Shown here: one piece after another, positions 54,316-64,000 of the stretch | How the letters are laid out: every line of letters begins with the position of its first letter | Numbering within the stretch: the first letter of the stretch is position 1 | DNA from: Acutalibacteraceae bacterium | Lineage (GTDB): Bacteria; Bacillota; Clostridia; Oscillospirales; Acutalibacteraceae | Direction: 5' to 3' | NCBI GenBank assembly: GCA_045544435.1 | Contig: JAZPZA010000020.1 | Coordinates: 16,698-80,697 of the forward strand | DNA length: 64,000 nt | Notes under the pieces: model-generated | Seen by the model: only the letters and a program-made list of their open reading frames with translations | The model's database searches: none | Told to the model about the DNA's origin: nothing | Program-made: the position numbers and the translations under genes

Positions 54316-55596
54316 ATGTCCGCAACTATTACTAAGCTTTCAAACGGTGCTGAGGGTGTTTTTATAAAAAATTCCCGCTTTAACACCACGCTGATTTCAT
54401 TCAATTTTTATATGCCGCTCGCTCGCGAAACGGCGGCAGAATATGCACTGCTGCCCTTCGTGCTTACAAACTGCAGTAAAAAATATCCTGATTTTTCCCG
54501 CCTTAATTTCAAGCTTTCAAAGCTTTACGGGGCAGACCTTACTGCAAGCGCGGAAAAGGTTGGAGATTATCAGCTGCTTAAAATTTGCATATCGGTTATT
54601 GAGGACCGCTTCACATTAGATAACGAATCACTTTGTGACCAGGCGATAGAGCTGCTAACAAGCCTTGTTTTCGAGCCAAAAACAGAAAACGGCTCTTTTT
54701 TCACAGAGGATTTAGAGCGTGAAAAGCGCAAGGCAATAGAGCATATACGCGGCGAAATTGCCGAAAAGAGACTTTATGCTAAAAAAAGAATGCTTGAGGA
54801 AATGTATAAAGACGATGCCTATGGCACGCCTAAGTGCGGCACCGAGGAGGATATAAACAAAATAACAGGCGAAAGCCTTTTTAAGGCTTGGGCTAATGTT
54901 TTATCCCACGCCAAAATTCGCGTGAATGTTATATCCCGCAATATGCCTTCAGGACTTTTTGACGGTATTGCCGAAAAACTTTCACAGGTAAACCGCGAAG
55001 ATATTTGCGACTGCCGTGCCACAGTTCCCACAAAGGCGGCAGACAAAGTGAACACCGTTACCGAAAGAATGGATGTGGCCCAAGGCAAGCTTTGTATGGG
55101 CTTTTCAAGCGAGCTTTGCGGTGACGATTCCAAAGCCGCGCCGCTCACAGTTATGTGCGATATTTTGGGCGGTGGACCTTATTCCAAGCTATTTAATAAT
55201 GTTCGTGAAAAAATGAGCCTTTGCTATTATTGCTCAGCCTCCTGCGTTAAGGTTAAGGGACTGCTTTCGGTAGACAGCGGTGTTGAGGCTCAAAATGCCG
55301 ATAAGGCGCAGACCGAAATATTAAATCAGCTTGAAGCAATAAAGCGCGGTGAAATTTCAGACTTTGAGTTTGAATCCTCGATTAAGAGCATTATCGACTC
55401 TCTTAACACTTATAACGATTCTCAAGGGCTTTTAGATGTTTGGTATTCAATAAAAATTGCAAACGACACACTTACCTCCCCTGAGGAAATGGCGCAAATG
55501 ATTAGCGCGGTTACTTTAAAGCAGGTGATTGAAGCCGCGAACGGCATTAACCTTCACACGGTTTATCGCCTTATGCCCAAGGAGGGTGAAATATAA
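54316..55596 (+). CDS. M16-family peptidase-like protein lacking the HxxEH motif
   Basis: Start set to ATG 54316 (GGAGGG SD). Insulinase fold by length and pairing with the next gene. I see no HxxEH in it. Confidence 0.7.
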   Translation: MSATITKLSNGAEGVFIKNSRFNTTLISFNFYMPLARETAAEYALLPFVLTNCSKKYPDFSRLNFKLSKLYGADLTASAEKVGDYQLLKICISVIEDRFTLDNESLCDQAIELLTSLVFEPKTENGSFFTEDLEREKRKAIEHIRGEIAEKRLYAKKRMLEEMYKDDAYGTPKCGTEEDINKITGESLFKAWANVLSHAKIRVNVISRNMPSGLFDGIAEKLSQVNREDICDCRATVPTKAADKVNTVTERMDVAQGKLCMGFSSELCGDDSKAAPLTVMCDILGGGPYSKLFNNVREKMSLCYYCSASCVKVKGLLSVDSGVEAQNADKAQTEILNQLEAIKRGEISDFEFESSIKSIIDSLNTYNDSQGLLDVWYSIKIANDTLTSPEEMAQMISAVTLKQVIEAANGINLHTVYRLMPKEGEI

Positions 55597-56870
55597 TGAA
55601 AAAGCAACTCTTTGAAAGCTCTATCGAGCAAAGCTATATAAAGGCTGTTCACCCTTCGGGGCTCGAAATTTACATTATGGAAAAGGCGGAGTATTCCTCT
55701 TCCTATGCGATTTTTGGAACTAAGTATGGCTCAATAGATACAAAATTTTCCAAAAACGGCGGCGAGGAAATCTCAGTGCCTGAGGGTATTGCCCACTATC
55801 TTGAGCACAAGCTTTTTGAAAGCGAGGATGGCGATGCCTTTTCAAAGTACGCTAAAACAGGCGCATCGGCAAACGCGTTTACCTCGTTTGACAGAACCTG
55901 CTATCTGTTTTCCTGCAGTGACAGATTTTATGAGAATTTAGATATACTGCTTGGCTTTGTGCAGTCTCCTTATTTCACAGAGGAAACGGTAAAAAAGGAG
56001 CAGGGTATTATCGGACAAGAGATAAGAATGTATGACGATAGTCCCTCTTGGCGAGTTATGTTTAATCTACTTATGAATATGTATCACTGCCATCCTGTGA
56101 GAATTGATATTGCGGGAACGGTGGAATCAATCTCTAAGATAGATGCCGATTTGCTTTATAAGTGCTATGAAACCTTTTATAACCCCGCTAATATGTTTAT
56201 CTGCATTGCGGGTAATGTTGATGCAGATAAGGTTTTGGAAAGAATCGAAAAGGGCATTAATAACCACGCGCCCGTGGAGATTTCAAGAGGTGAATTCTGC
56301 GAGCCCCAAACTGTGGTTTCAAACTTTGTTGAGCAAAAGCTCGCGGTGCAGATGCCTATGTTTTGCTTAGGATATAAACAAAAAATCACCACATCCTACC
56401 GCCGACTTAAAAGCAAGGTGTGCGTGAATTTACTACTTGAGATAATCTGTGGTGACGCCTCTGACCTTTACGCGCGTCTTATGAACGAGGGGCTTATAAA
56501 TGATGAGTTCGACTGCGAATACTTCACAGGCAACGGCTATGCCGCTGTGATTTTTGAGGGCGAATCAAAAGACCCTCAGCGCGTGGCCCAGGAAATAAAA
56601 AAGGAAATTGCTCGTCTTCGCATTGAGGGCATTGATAAAAAGCTCTTTTCGGCGGTAAAGTGCGGTATGTACGGCGCGGCCATCAGGAGATTTAACAGTG
56701 TTGAAAGCGTGGCGATGCAGTTTGCCGAGTGCGCAATGTTCAATTATAATCTCTTTGACGAGATAAAGCTTTTAAAAACCGTTTCTTATGACGATGTTTT
56801 AAAACGCCTTGATGTTTTTAGTGATGAAAACGCAGTTTTATCGGTTATAAATCCTTTGGAGGAAGTATAA
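55596..56870 (+). CDS. M16-family zinc peptidase (active-type subunit)
   Basis: HYLEHKLFE zinc-binding HxxEH motif. ATGA-type overlap with the preceding M16 gene. Confidence 0.8.
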   Translation: MKKQLFESSIEQSYIKAVHPSGLEIYIMEKAEYSSSYAIFGTKYGSIDTKFSKNGGEEISVPEGIAHYLEHKLFESEDGDAFSKYAKTGASANAFTSFDRTCYLFSCSDRFYENLDILLGFVQSPYFTEETVKKEQGIIGQEIRMYDDSPSWRVMFNLLMNMYHCHPVRIDIAGTVESISKIDADLLYKCYETFYNPANMFICIAGNVDADKVLERIEKGINNHAPVEISRGEFCEPQTVVSNFVEQKLAVQMPMFCLGYKQKITTSYRRLKSKVCVNLLLEIICGDASDLYARLMNEGLINDEFDCEYFTGNGYAAVIFEGESKDPQRVAQEIKKEIARLRIEGIDKKLFSAVKCGMYGAAIRRFNSVESVAMQFAECAMFNYNLFDEIKLLKTVSYDDVLKRLDVFSDENAVLSVINPLEEV

Positions 56871-57746
56871 ATGACATATAATGTTACACTTTTCGGTATT
56901 AATATGACGCTTAATCCAATCGCCTTTTCCATACCCATAGGCGGCGGCTGGGATATTTATTGGTATGGAATAATAATCGCCTTAGGCTTTACGCTGGCGG
57001 TTATTTACGGACTTAAAAACGCCGAGCGCTACTCAATTGATGTGGACCGTATGCTTGATGTTGTAATAGTCACAACGCCCGTTGCCATTCTTTGCGCGAG
57101 AATTTACTATGTTCTGTTTGACGGAGTTAAAATAAACAGCATTGGTGATTTCTTTGGCTTTGGAAGCTCATCAGGCTTTTCGGGAATCGCCATTTACGGC
57201 GGTGTTATAGGGGCATTTGGTTGCGGCGCTTTGATGTGCAAAATCAAAAAGTTAAAATTTTTTGATATGACCGACCTTGCCGCCACCGCATTTCTTATAG
57301 GACAAGGTATAGGTCGCTGGGGCAACTTTATGAATCAGGAGGCTTACGGCGGCTTCACAGGAAGCTCTTGGTGGGGAATGCAAAGCAACCGCACTATAGC
57401 CGAAATGGGCGAGGGACTTGTTCACCCGTGCTTCCTTTATGAATCAATATGGTGCATAGCAGGCTTTTTCGTACTTAACCACTTCTCTAAAAAGCGCCGT
57501 TTCAGCGGTGAAATTTCGCTTATGTACTGCGCGTGGTACGGCTTTGGCAGAGCAATAATTGAGCTAATGAGAACAGATAGTCTTATGATAGGAAGCATAA
57601 AGGTTTCCTGCCTGTTATCTATTATTATCTGCCTTGGCGCTATTGCCGCGATTATAATTATAGGTCGCAATCAAAAGACAACAGAAAGCGAAAAGACATA
57701 TACTTCAATGTTTGAAGAAAACGAGGAGAAAAGCGATAATGAGTAA
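56871..57746 (+). CDS. lgt: Prolipoprotein diacylglyceryl transferase
   Basis: ..[12 protein letters not shown].., ..[14 protein letters not shown].., ..[11 protein letters not shown].. Confidence 0.9.
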   Translation: MTYNVTLFGINMTLNPIAFSIPIGGGWDIYWYGIIIALGFTLAVIYGLKNAERYSIDVDRMLDVVIVTTPVAILCARIYYVLFDGVKINSIGDFFGFGSSSGFSGIAIYGGVIGAFGCGALMCKIKKLKFFDMTDLAATAFLIGQGIGRWGNFMNQEAYGGFTGSSWWGMQSNRTIAEMGEGLVHPCFLYESIWCIAGFFVLNHFSKKRRFSGEISLMYCAWYGFGRAIIELMRTDSLMIGSIKVSCLLSIIICLGAIAAIIIIGRNQKTTESEKTYTSMFEENEEKSDNE

Positions 57747-58590
57747 TATAATAGATGGCAAGGCAGTATCGGCGGCTGTAAAGCAGGCGGTGGCTGAGGA
57801 AGTAAAACAGCTTAACGCAAATGGCATTACAGTGGGCCTTGCTGTGATTCTTGTGGGTGAGGACCCCGCTTCAAAAATTTATGTTGCCAACAAAGAAAAG
57901 GCTTGCGAGGCGTTAGGCATTCTTTCCAAGAAGTTTGTGCTTCCCGCAGATACCACACAAGAAAGGCTTTTAGCGCTTATTGATGAGCTTAATAAAGATA
58001 AGACTGTGAACGGCATCTTATGCCAGCTACCGCTACCAAAAGGCCTTGACGAAAAGGCGGTTATAAATGCCATATCCCCTGAAAAGGATGTGGATGCCTT
58101 CCACCCTGTTAATGTGGGCAAGATTATGATAGGCGACTATGACTTTGTGCCCTGCACACCCGCAGGTGTTATGGAAATGCTCGCTTATTATAACATTGAT
58201 GTTGCGGGCAAAAGCTGTGTTGTTATCGGCCGCTCTAACATAGTTGGAAAGCCTATGGGAATGCTGCTGCTTCATAAAAACGGAACGGTTACCATCTGCC
58301 ACTCGCGCACTAAGGATTTGAGCGAGGTAACATCTAAAGCGGATATACTTGTAGCCGCAGTTGGCAGAGCAAATTTCGTAACCGCAGATATGGTGAAATC
58401 GGGCGCCGTTGTTATTGATGTTGGAATGAACAGAAGCGAAGGTAAGCTTTGCGGAGATGTGGATTTTGAAGCGGTATCCAAAAAGGCTTCTTATATCACA
58501 CCCGTTCCAGGCGGCGTTGGTCCGATGACCATAGCAATGCTTATGAAGAACACCCTTACCGCTGCAAAGCGACAGAATAATATTATATAA
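57739..58590 (+). CDS. folD: Bifunctional methylenetetrahydrofolate dehydrogenase/cyclohydrolase
   Basis: Start set to ATG 57739 (GAGGAG SD). ..IIDGKAV.., ..[16 protein letters not shown].., ..[11 protein letters not shown].., ..[15 protein letters not shown].. Confidence 0.9.
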   Translation: MSNIIDGKAVSAAVKQAVAEEVKQLNANGITVGLAVILVGEDPASKIYVANKEKACEALGILSKKFVLPADTTQERLLALIDELNKDKTVNGILCQLPLPKGLDEKAVINAISPEKDVDAFHPVNVGKIMIGDYDFVPCTPAGVMEMLAYYNIDVAGKSCVVIGRSNIVGKPMGMLLLHKNGTVTICHSRTKDLSEVTSKADILVAAVGRANFVTADMVKSGAVVIDVGMNRSEGKLCGDVDFEAVSKKASYITPVPGGVGPMTIAMLMKNTLTAAKRQNNII

Positions 58591-58600
58591 AGGTGATTTT

Positions 58601-59275
58601 TTGAAAATCAGAATATTTGCGGTAGTTGCCGTTATAATGATGCTGCTGAGCTTTCAGGTTTCAGCCGTGGTTTATGAATATGAGATAAACGCGGGTGATG
58701 ATTTCACTTCCGCTCGCGCGGGTGACGACCTGACCGCTTTATCGCAAAAGCTTAATATGCAAATTGGTGAACTTAAAATCTTTTTTAACACAAATGGAAT
58801 TTTATATCTTGCAGTATCGGATGATACCACGACTCAGATAAGACTTTCCGCGTTTACAGATAATTTTTCATCATCTGTGGGTGATATAGAATATCTTAAT
58901 GATGAGAAATTGAATGAGTTTATGGTTTCTGTTTGTGGCGAAAACAGTGGTGAGATAACCACTATTTCCGATAGAAAATTCATAGTCACAAAGAATACGC
59001 TGACCGATAGCGGCGGAATTTACACCGTTACACAATACATAACCGTTTGCGGTGGCAACAGTTATTACCTATCTTGCTATAATTCAGGTGAGGATACATC
59101 TGATACAGTTAAAAACATCGTTTCAAGTTTTAGGATTCACGAGCTCGAAGCGCAAGACGGCAATGTTTTTGCAGGCTTCAATATACTGATAATCGCAGGA
59201 ATAATTTTATTTTTGGTAATCGCTGTTATTATGATTATGGGAATTATAAAAAATTCGAAAAAATCAGAAGCATAA
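58601..59275 (+). CDS. Hypothetical exported protein with C-terminal TM anchor
   Basis: TTG start. Signal peptide MKIRIFAVVAVIMMLLSFQVSA and a C-terminal hydrophobic helix followed by KNSKKSEA. Confidence 0.6.
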   Translation: MKIRIFAVVAVIMMLLSFQVSAVVYEYEINAGDDFTSARAGDDLTALSQKLNMQIGELKIFFNTNGILYLAVSDDTTTQIRLSAFTDNFSSSVGDIEYLNDEKLNEFMVSVCGENSGEITTISDRKFIVTKNTLTDSGGIYTVTQYITVCGGNSYYLSCYNSGEDTSDTVKNIVSSFRIHELEAQDGNVFAGFNILIIAGIILFLVIAVIMIMGIIKNSKKSEA

Positions 59276-59280
59276 AACCA

Positions 59281-59312
59281 AACGCTCTGCTTTATAAAAG
59301 CAGAGCGTTTTA
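59281..59312. terminator. Bidirectional terminator
   Basis: aacgctctgc/gcagagcgtt with a T run. Confidence 0.7.
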
Positions 59313-59330
59313 TTTATATATTGCGCATTT

Positions 59331-61454
59331 TTAAAAAATATCATTTAAGAAGATATTATATAAAATCTGTGCAACTTCACAGCGTTCGGCGTTGCCTTGC
59401 GGCACTATTGTGGTCTTGGTTTTACCCTTGATTACACCTTTTTCAAGAGCCCACAGCACAGAATCAACAGCCCATTCAGATACATCTGTATAGTCGGAAT
59501 AGGTTCTTGATGCATTTTCTTTGGTTTCATTTTTATAGTCTACGCCTTTATTTTTATAATCGGCATATCTGCAAAGGAATACCACCAACTGTTCGCGGGT
59601 GATTTTATCACCTACGCCAAACTTACCGTTTTGATAGCCCGTTACTATTTTGTTTTCATAGCCCCAGTTTACGGCAGCTTCATAGTAACTGTTTTTGGCA
59701 ACATCAGAGAATTTACTGCGGCTGTTCTCATATTGTGATAGGTCTACCCCGTCTAACCTCGCCAACATTACCAGAAAGTCCTGACGCTGTATGCTGTCAC
59801 TTGTTCCAAAATTACCATTTCCGTAGCCACCGATTATTCCGCGTCCTACCGAATATATTACCGCTTCGTTGTACCAACCGTTTGCATCGGTGTCGGGGAA
59901 TATGGTGTCAGTTACTTTTGTAAGCTGCCAGGTTATATTTGAAATTATGTCTTCGTTATAATAACTATTAAGATATATGTTGTAATTCTGATTTTTTACC
60001 AGCGGCCAGCCTTTTTTGTTTTCGTTATATAAAATACGATTGTTTTGCTTGTCATATATCATCAAATCCTGAGAGCTAATACTACCCTGCCAATCTGAAT
60101 TTGGTATAATTTTATATACGCCTGTATCAGATGGTGTTATTTGCCAAAAATATGGCTTTTGATATGCCGCCGATGGCATATCCTCATAAACCGGAATTGA
60201 AAAGGTTGCGGTTGATTCGTTATTTGTGATAAAGCCTTTTTTAAGATATGATGCTTTAGTCCACGCATCATAAAGAGCAGACGCGTACTGATTACCCCAA
60301 TACTCTTTTAATACATTAAAATCTTTGTAATAATATGTATCCTGACCTACGCTTATATATCCGTCAGCATATTTTTTTGCGCCGCCTATAATAGCTGCAG
60401 AGCGGCTGTTCCAGCCGTTATTTTTAGCATACTTAAGACCGTTTTCTACTATTTCTTTTTCTGTAGAGCCTGTGGCGTTGAAGTTAAAAAAATTGTAATA
60501 GCCCACATAACCGGAATACACACCTGAAATAAGACTCGATGTGCCACCTACACCCTGCTCAACTATTATTGCAGCCGCAAGCACATAAGGACTTACCTTG
60601 CTTTCCTTTGCGGCGGCAATTAAATCCTCGATATAGGCATCCTTTTCAGCTACACCATCGCCATTTTTATCGTATCCGTTCTCTAAAAATGTTCCCTTTA
60701 TAACGGTGCGCAGGCTATCCTTCATATTTGCTTCCTCTTGATAGGACTGTTGCATAAATGCAAAAATCATATCCTCATTAAGTGAGTTTCGAGGGTCCAT
60801 AAAATACTCAATTGCCGCACGCGAGGCATATGTCCAACGCTTTTCTAGCGTTATCCATTTATCCGTGGCACTATCATAAGCACGCATATCACGCCACTCG
60901 TTACCACCGTATGTAAACTCAACCCATTTGCGCGTATTTTTTACATTTGATACACCATACTGTTTCTCAACAGCCTCTTTAAATGTTAAGTCAAGGTCGT
61001 TTGCAACAAACTTCCAGTTAGGATACTTTATATGTAACTGCCGCAATGCCTTGTGATAACTTTCGGGGAAATTTTTAAGATTTTCTTCAAAATCCTCATC
61101 AAATGAAAACTCATAATTCACTAACACTCGGTTCACAAAGGCATATCCTGTATTGGCAAAATTTTCGCCGTAATTAATTTTATACCATGGATCGCCATCT
61201 CCGTCTTTTTCTATGCCAAGGGCCTTTATTTGTGTGCCATTTGTAAGATCACACAGCCACTTTGATTTGTTTTTATTTTCTGCTGTTTCGTGACCATAAG
61301 TACCTGGTAATGAATATATAGCCGCCTTGCCACTGTTGCTTGATATTTCTCCCATAGCAGGATATGTAAGAGCACTTACAGGTATTGCCGCAAAGCAACA
61401 AACAATAATCACAAGGCACAGTATTGTACTTAAAAGCTTATTTATTTTTTTCAT
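59331..61454 (-). CDS. Cell-wall hydrolase: SH3-like N-terminus, GH73-type glucosaminidase domain, three C-terminal SLH repeats
   Basis: Signal peptide. ..AAAIIVEQGVGGTS..YNFFNFNATG.. (glucosaminidase). SLH repeats: FPDTDANGWYNEAV.., FSDVAKNSYYEAAV.., YSDYTDVSEWAVDSV.. Confidence 0.8.
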   Translation of the reverse strand: MKKINKLLSTILCLVIIVCCFAAIPVSALTYPAMGEISSNSGKAAIYSLPGTYGHETAENKNKSKWLCDLTNGTQIKALGIEKDGDGDPWYKINYGENFANTGYAFVNRVLVNYEFSFDEDFEENLKNFPESYHKALRQLHIKYPNWKFVANDLDLTFKEAVEKQYGVSNVKNTRKWVEFTYGGNEWRDMRAYDSATDKWITLEKRWTYASRAAIEYFMDPRNSLNEDMIFAFMQQSYQEEANMKDSLRTVIKGTFLENGYDKNGDGVAEKDAYIEDLIAAAKESKVSPYVLAAAIIVEQGVGGTSSLISGVYSGYVGYYNFFNFNATGSTEKEIVENGLKYAKNNGWNSRSAAIIGGAKKYADGYISVGQDTYYYKDFNVLKEYWGNQYASALYDAWTKASYLKKGFITNNESTATFSIPVYEDMPSAAYQKPYFWQITPSDTGVYKIIPNSDWQGSISSQDLMIYDKQNNRILYNENKKGWPLVKNQNYNIYLNSYYNEDIISNITWQLTKVTDTIFPDTDANGWYNEAVIYSVGRGIIGGYGNGNFGTSDSIQRQDFLVMLARLDGVDLSQYENSRSKFSDVAKNSYYEAAVNWGYENKIVTGYQNGKFGVGDKITREQLVVFLCRYADYKNKGVDYKNETKENASRTYSDYTDVSEWAVDSVLWALEKGVIKGKTKTTIVPQGNAERCEVAQILYNIFLNDIF

Positions 61455-61473
61455 TTTATCCTCCTATAGAAAT

Positions 61474-61510
61474 AAAAAATGCAGTAAAATAATTTTACCG
61501 CATTTTTTAT
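61474..61510 (-). terminator. Terminator after the amidase gene
   Basis: aaaaaatgcggtaaaat/attttactgcatttttt, read on the minus strand. Confidence 0.65.
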
Positions 61511-61542
61511 TAAAAAGCAATATATAAACCTTTAAGATTATA

Positions 61543-62088
61543 TTAAGTTGTAGGCACAACAAACGGTATACCAAAATAATCGGTGAGTGATACCACCACA
61601 TTTGCAGCAATAGCTTCGATATTATCCCTTATCCACACTGCATCCTCATAATTATCGTGGTAGGCAAATTCAATGAGCACCGCAGGCGCTTTTGTTCTGC
61701 GCACCTCACCGAGTGAGGTTGTGGGTACAGTTCGGACTAAATCAGGCAGAGGGTATATAAGTTTTAGATTATTGGCTAATATCTCAGCCGCTCGCCTGCC
61801 GTTCACGCTTGTTGGATAATAGTAAACCTCACTCCCCCGACGCGCACCATCACCACTACCCGTTGCATTAGAATGAAGCGCCAAATGCAGGTCATAATTC
61901 CCCATATTAGATTCCCTTATCGATGAGGCGGCGGTCATATCAGGTGTGTTGCGTGTGAAAGAAATTCCGCTTGCGTATAAATATGGCTCCATCGCATCGG
62001 CTATAAGATTCATATAATATTCTTCATTACCGCCGATGATATAAGGATTAAACTCCTGAGTGGACGGACTTAAATAAATACTTGGCAT
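61543..62088 (-). CDS. N-acetylmuramoyl-L-alanine amidase (Amidase_3 type), no signal peptide
   Basis: ..IYLSPSTQEFN.., ..DLHLALHSNA.., ..PAVLIEFAYHDN.. Confidence 0.75.
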   Translation of the reverse strand: MPSIYLSPSTQEFNPYIIGGNEEYYMNLIADAMEPYLYASGISFTRNTPDMTAASSIRESNMGNYDLHLALHSNATGSGDGARRGSEVYYYPTSVNGRRAAEILANNLKLIYPLPDLVRTVPTTSLGEVRRTKAPAVLIEFAYHDNYEDAVWIRDNIEAIAANVVVSLTDYFGIPFVVPTT

Positions 62089-62092
62089 ATTA

Positions 62093-62131
62093 AAAACCTC
62101 CCTTTAAGACTATGCTTTAAAGGGAGGTTTT
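62093..62131 (-). terminator. Hairpin after the 62135-62677 gene that also contains the amidase SD
   Basis: aaaacctcccttta...tttaaagggaggtttt. The 3' arm on the minus strand carries AAGGGAGG, 8 nt upstream of the amidase ATG (62088). Confidence 0.55.
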
Positions 62132-62134
62132 ATG

Positions 62135-62677
62135 TTACTTGATATGCTCCTTAACGGCTTTGCGCACCACCGAGGAAAACCAGCAGTAAAGCGCTTCGCC
62201 AAGCTCTTGGAATATGGGGTCGCCATCGTGGAGGCAAAGCATCGCAAAGGTCTGTCCCATGCGGCGGTCTACCTCACCGCCTCTGCGAAATGCTAAATAA
62301 TAAAACGAAAAAGCGCCCGTATCGGATGAGGAATTGTAAAGCTCCTCACTGTGCTTCTTTAGTGTGTCAAGAAAGCTTTTCTGCGCAATGCCTGAAAGTG
62401 TGTCATCATTAATATACTGCTCAAAGCCCGCGGTAGCCGTGAAGGAAAGGAGCAATCTTCTTTGCAACAGCATATCACTTTCCCGAGCACCATCATAATC
62501 TGTGTTTTCGGCATCGGCGATAAATTTAAGCGCAACGGCTTCGCCCGCCGATTTTGCGCCGCTTATCTTCTGGCGGTCGGCAGATGTGTTTTGCTGCGAG
62601 CCCAGTTTATTTCGGCGAACATCCTCCGAAGGCTTATCCCCGACTATTTTAATATCGTCATCAATATCAACGAACAT
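62135..62677 (-). CDS. Hypothetical cytoplasmic protein
   Basis: Start set to ATG 62677 (GGTGGGTG SD). No motif recognised. Confidence 0.6.
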   Translation of the reverse strand: MFVDIDDDIKIVGDKPSEDVRRNKLGSQQNTSADRQKISGAKSAGEAVALKFIADAENTDYDGARESDMLLQRRLLLSFTATAGFEQYINDDTLSGIAQKSFLDTLKKHSEELYNSSSDTGAFSFYYLAFRRGGEVDRRMGQTFAMLCLHDGDPIFQELGEALYCWFSSVVRKAVKEHIK

Positions 62678-62772
62678 TTTTATCACCCACCAATTCTTTT
62701 AACTTCTACTATTTTATATGTGAAGTTTATACGCTATATTACTTTTAAAGGCTTTTATGTAGAAAAAAGCCT

Positions 62773-63843
62773 TTATCTATCCTTAAATTTATTGCTTCTT
62801 ACAGGATGGCGAAGCTTTCTGAGTGCCTTAGCCTCTATCTGGCGGATGCGCTCACGGGTTACATTAAATTCTGTGCCAACCTCCTCAAGGGTGTGACAAC
62901 GGCCATCCTTAAGGCCAAAGCGCAGACGGATAACTGCCTCCTCACGGGGAGTGAGGGTGTGAAGAACACTATCAATATCCTCATTGGTTATGGTCTTTAA
63001 TGCGGCGTCATCGGGAGCAAGAGCATCCTCATCGCGGATAAAGTCCATAAGGCGGGAATCCTCCTCAGGGCCTATGGGTGTTTCCATAGAAACAGGCTCC
63101 TGAGCCACACGCATTATCTCGCGAACGCGCTCAACGGGCAGCTCCATCTTTTCGGCTATAAGCTCCTCACTGGGCTCATATCCGTTTTCGTGAAGAAGCT
63201 GGCTTTGAATCTTCTTAAGACGATTAATAGTCTCCACCATATGAACGGGGATTCTTATGGTTCTTGCCTGGTCAGCGATTGCGCGGGTTATAGCCTGACG
63301 AATCCACCAAGTAGCATAGGTTGAAAACTTAAAGCCCTTGGTGTGGTCGAACTTGTCAACCGCCTTTATAAGTCCTACATTACCCTCTTGAATGAGGTCG
63401 AGGAAGTACATACCGCGGCCCACATACTTTTTCGCAATACTTACAACAAGACGAAGGTTTGCTTCGGTTAGACGCTGCTTTGCATATTCATCACCCTCGG
63501 TAATCCTGATAGCAAGAGCGATTTCCTCCTCAGAGGTGAGAAGCGGAACACGACCTATCTCGCGAAGATAAACCTTAACGGGATCATCGAGCGACATATT
63601 CTCAACCGAAATATCATCCTCAAGATTATCAACATCAACCTCTTCAAGCTTAAGCTCATCCTCGGTTGGCTCCTCATCAAAATCAAGCTCCAGCACAGAG
63701 GGGTCGGTCATAAGCTCCTCAAGGTCATCCGGAGCGTTTTCTATATCGTCAAGAGCATCCTTTTTTGCAGCCTCCTCAGCTGCAAGGATATTCTCTTGCT
63801 CGTTCATTTCTTGTGTTTTTTGCTCATTCTTAGTGTTTGCCAT
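62773..63843 (-). CDS. rpoD: Primary sigma factor (sigma-70/SigA)
   Basis: Acidic N-terminus, then ..[18 protein letters not shown].., ..[50 protein letters not shown].., and ..[25 protein letters not shown].. Confidence 0.95.
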   Translation of the reverse strand: MANTKNEQKTQEMNEQENILAAEEAAKKDALDDIENAPDDLEELMTDPSVLELDFDEEPTEDELKLEEVDVDNLEDDISVENMSLDDPVKVYLREIGRVPLLTSEEEIALAIRITEGDEYAKQRLTEANLRLVVSIAKKYVGRGMYFLDLIQEGNVGLIKAVDKFDHTKGFKFSTYATWWIRQAITRAIADQARTIRIPVHMVETINRLKKIQSQLLHENGYEPSEELIAEKMELPVERVREIMRVAQEPVSMETPIGPEEDSRLMDFIRDEDALAPDDAALKTITNEDIDSVLHTLTPREEAVIRLRFGLKDGRCHTLEEVGTEFNVTRERIRQIEAKALRKLRHPVRSNKFKDR

Positions 63844-63848
63844 TGCTT

Positions 63849-63998
63849 TTAGTTCCCCTTTTGTTTTGATTCTATTATCTTTTTAAGACTTTCTGCCCAA
63901 TCATCGTTAGACATATTCTTAACATCTGACGATTTTTTCCTTATTCCCTCATCTAATATTACCTTAATACTGTCTTTTAATACAATCAAGGCGTTTTT
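63849..63998 (-). CDS. dnaG: C-terminal end of DNA primase (5' part outside the window)
   Basis: Open frame to the window edge, ending ..[18 protein letters not shown] with TAA 5 nt before the rpoD ATG. The call rests on dnaG-rpoD synteny only. Confidence 0.5.
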   Translation of the reverse strand, partial: KNALIVLKDSIKVILDEGIRKKSSDVKNMSNDDWAESLKKIIESKQKGN

Positions 63999-64000
63999 AT

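Noticed and set aside
54316-56870. M16 peptidase pair as RiPP-maturation proteases (AlbE/AlbF-like)
   Set aside because: They are embedded in a housekeeping run (maf, lgt, folD) with no precursor, radical-SAM or transporter genes. The active-plus-inactive pairing is the common conserved arrangement.

Overview
This 64-kb window looks like chromosome from a sporulating, Gram-positive anaerobe (Clostridia-type). The supporting marks are a spoIIGA-sigE pair, T-box, SAM-I and FMN leaders, an SLH-domain wall hydrolase, and dnaG-rpoD at the right edge. I cannot name the species.

The first ~2.9 kb is the tail of an integrated mobile element: a partial response regulator, an XRE-type membrane regulator, a TnpV-like ORF and two small overlapping ORFs.

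The rest is mostly housekeeping:
- A Na+-decarboxylase beta/gamma pair next to a Na/Pi-PhoU transporter, with a KdpD-core/KdpE-like two-component system beside them.
- CNNM and AI-2E transporters.
- An Asn T-box in front of asnS-asnA, then type-A RNase P RNA, serS and a sortase B.
- One SAM-I-controlled operon, metK, nfnA-like, nfnB-like, metY, metA.
- An FMN riboswitch in front of ribU.
- A YfhO protein, a Trp T-box in front of an orphan trpB, secDF, rfbCBD plus a GT2 transferase, and a minimal SufC/SufBD pair.
- tex, and nrdR-gltX-glnS-nif3.
- maf, two M16 peptidases, lgt and folD.
- Wall hydrolases.

The least explained region is 28.2-31.7 kb. It is a repeat-bracketed island holding a strongly signalled 33-codon acidic ORF, a 601-aa secreted protein and, divergently, a translationally coupled PqqD-like (RRE-type) protein plus a TM-less SipW/ER-type S26 peptidase. 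I flag this as a candidate uncharacterised peptide/protein-processing module.

A second recurring signal is a set of heptameric AATTNNN arrays and palindromic REP-like modules that sit exactly at stop codons and form perfect 19-20-bp inverted termini between convergent genes.

All calls come from reading the sequence and from motif memory. No searches, folding or statistics were run.
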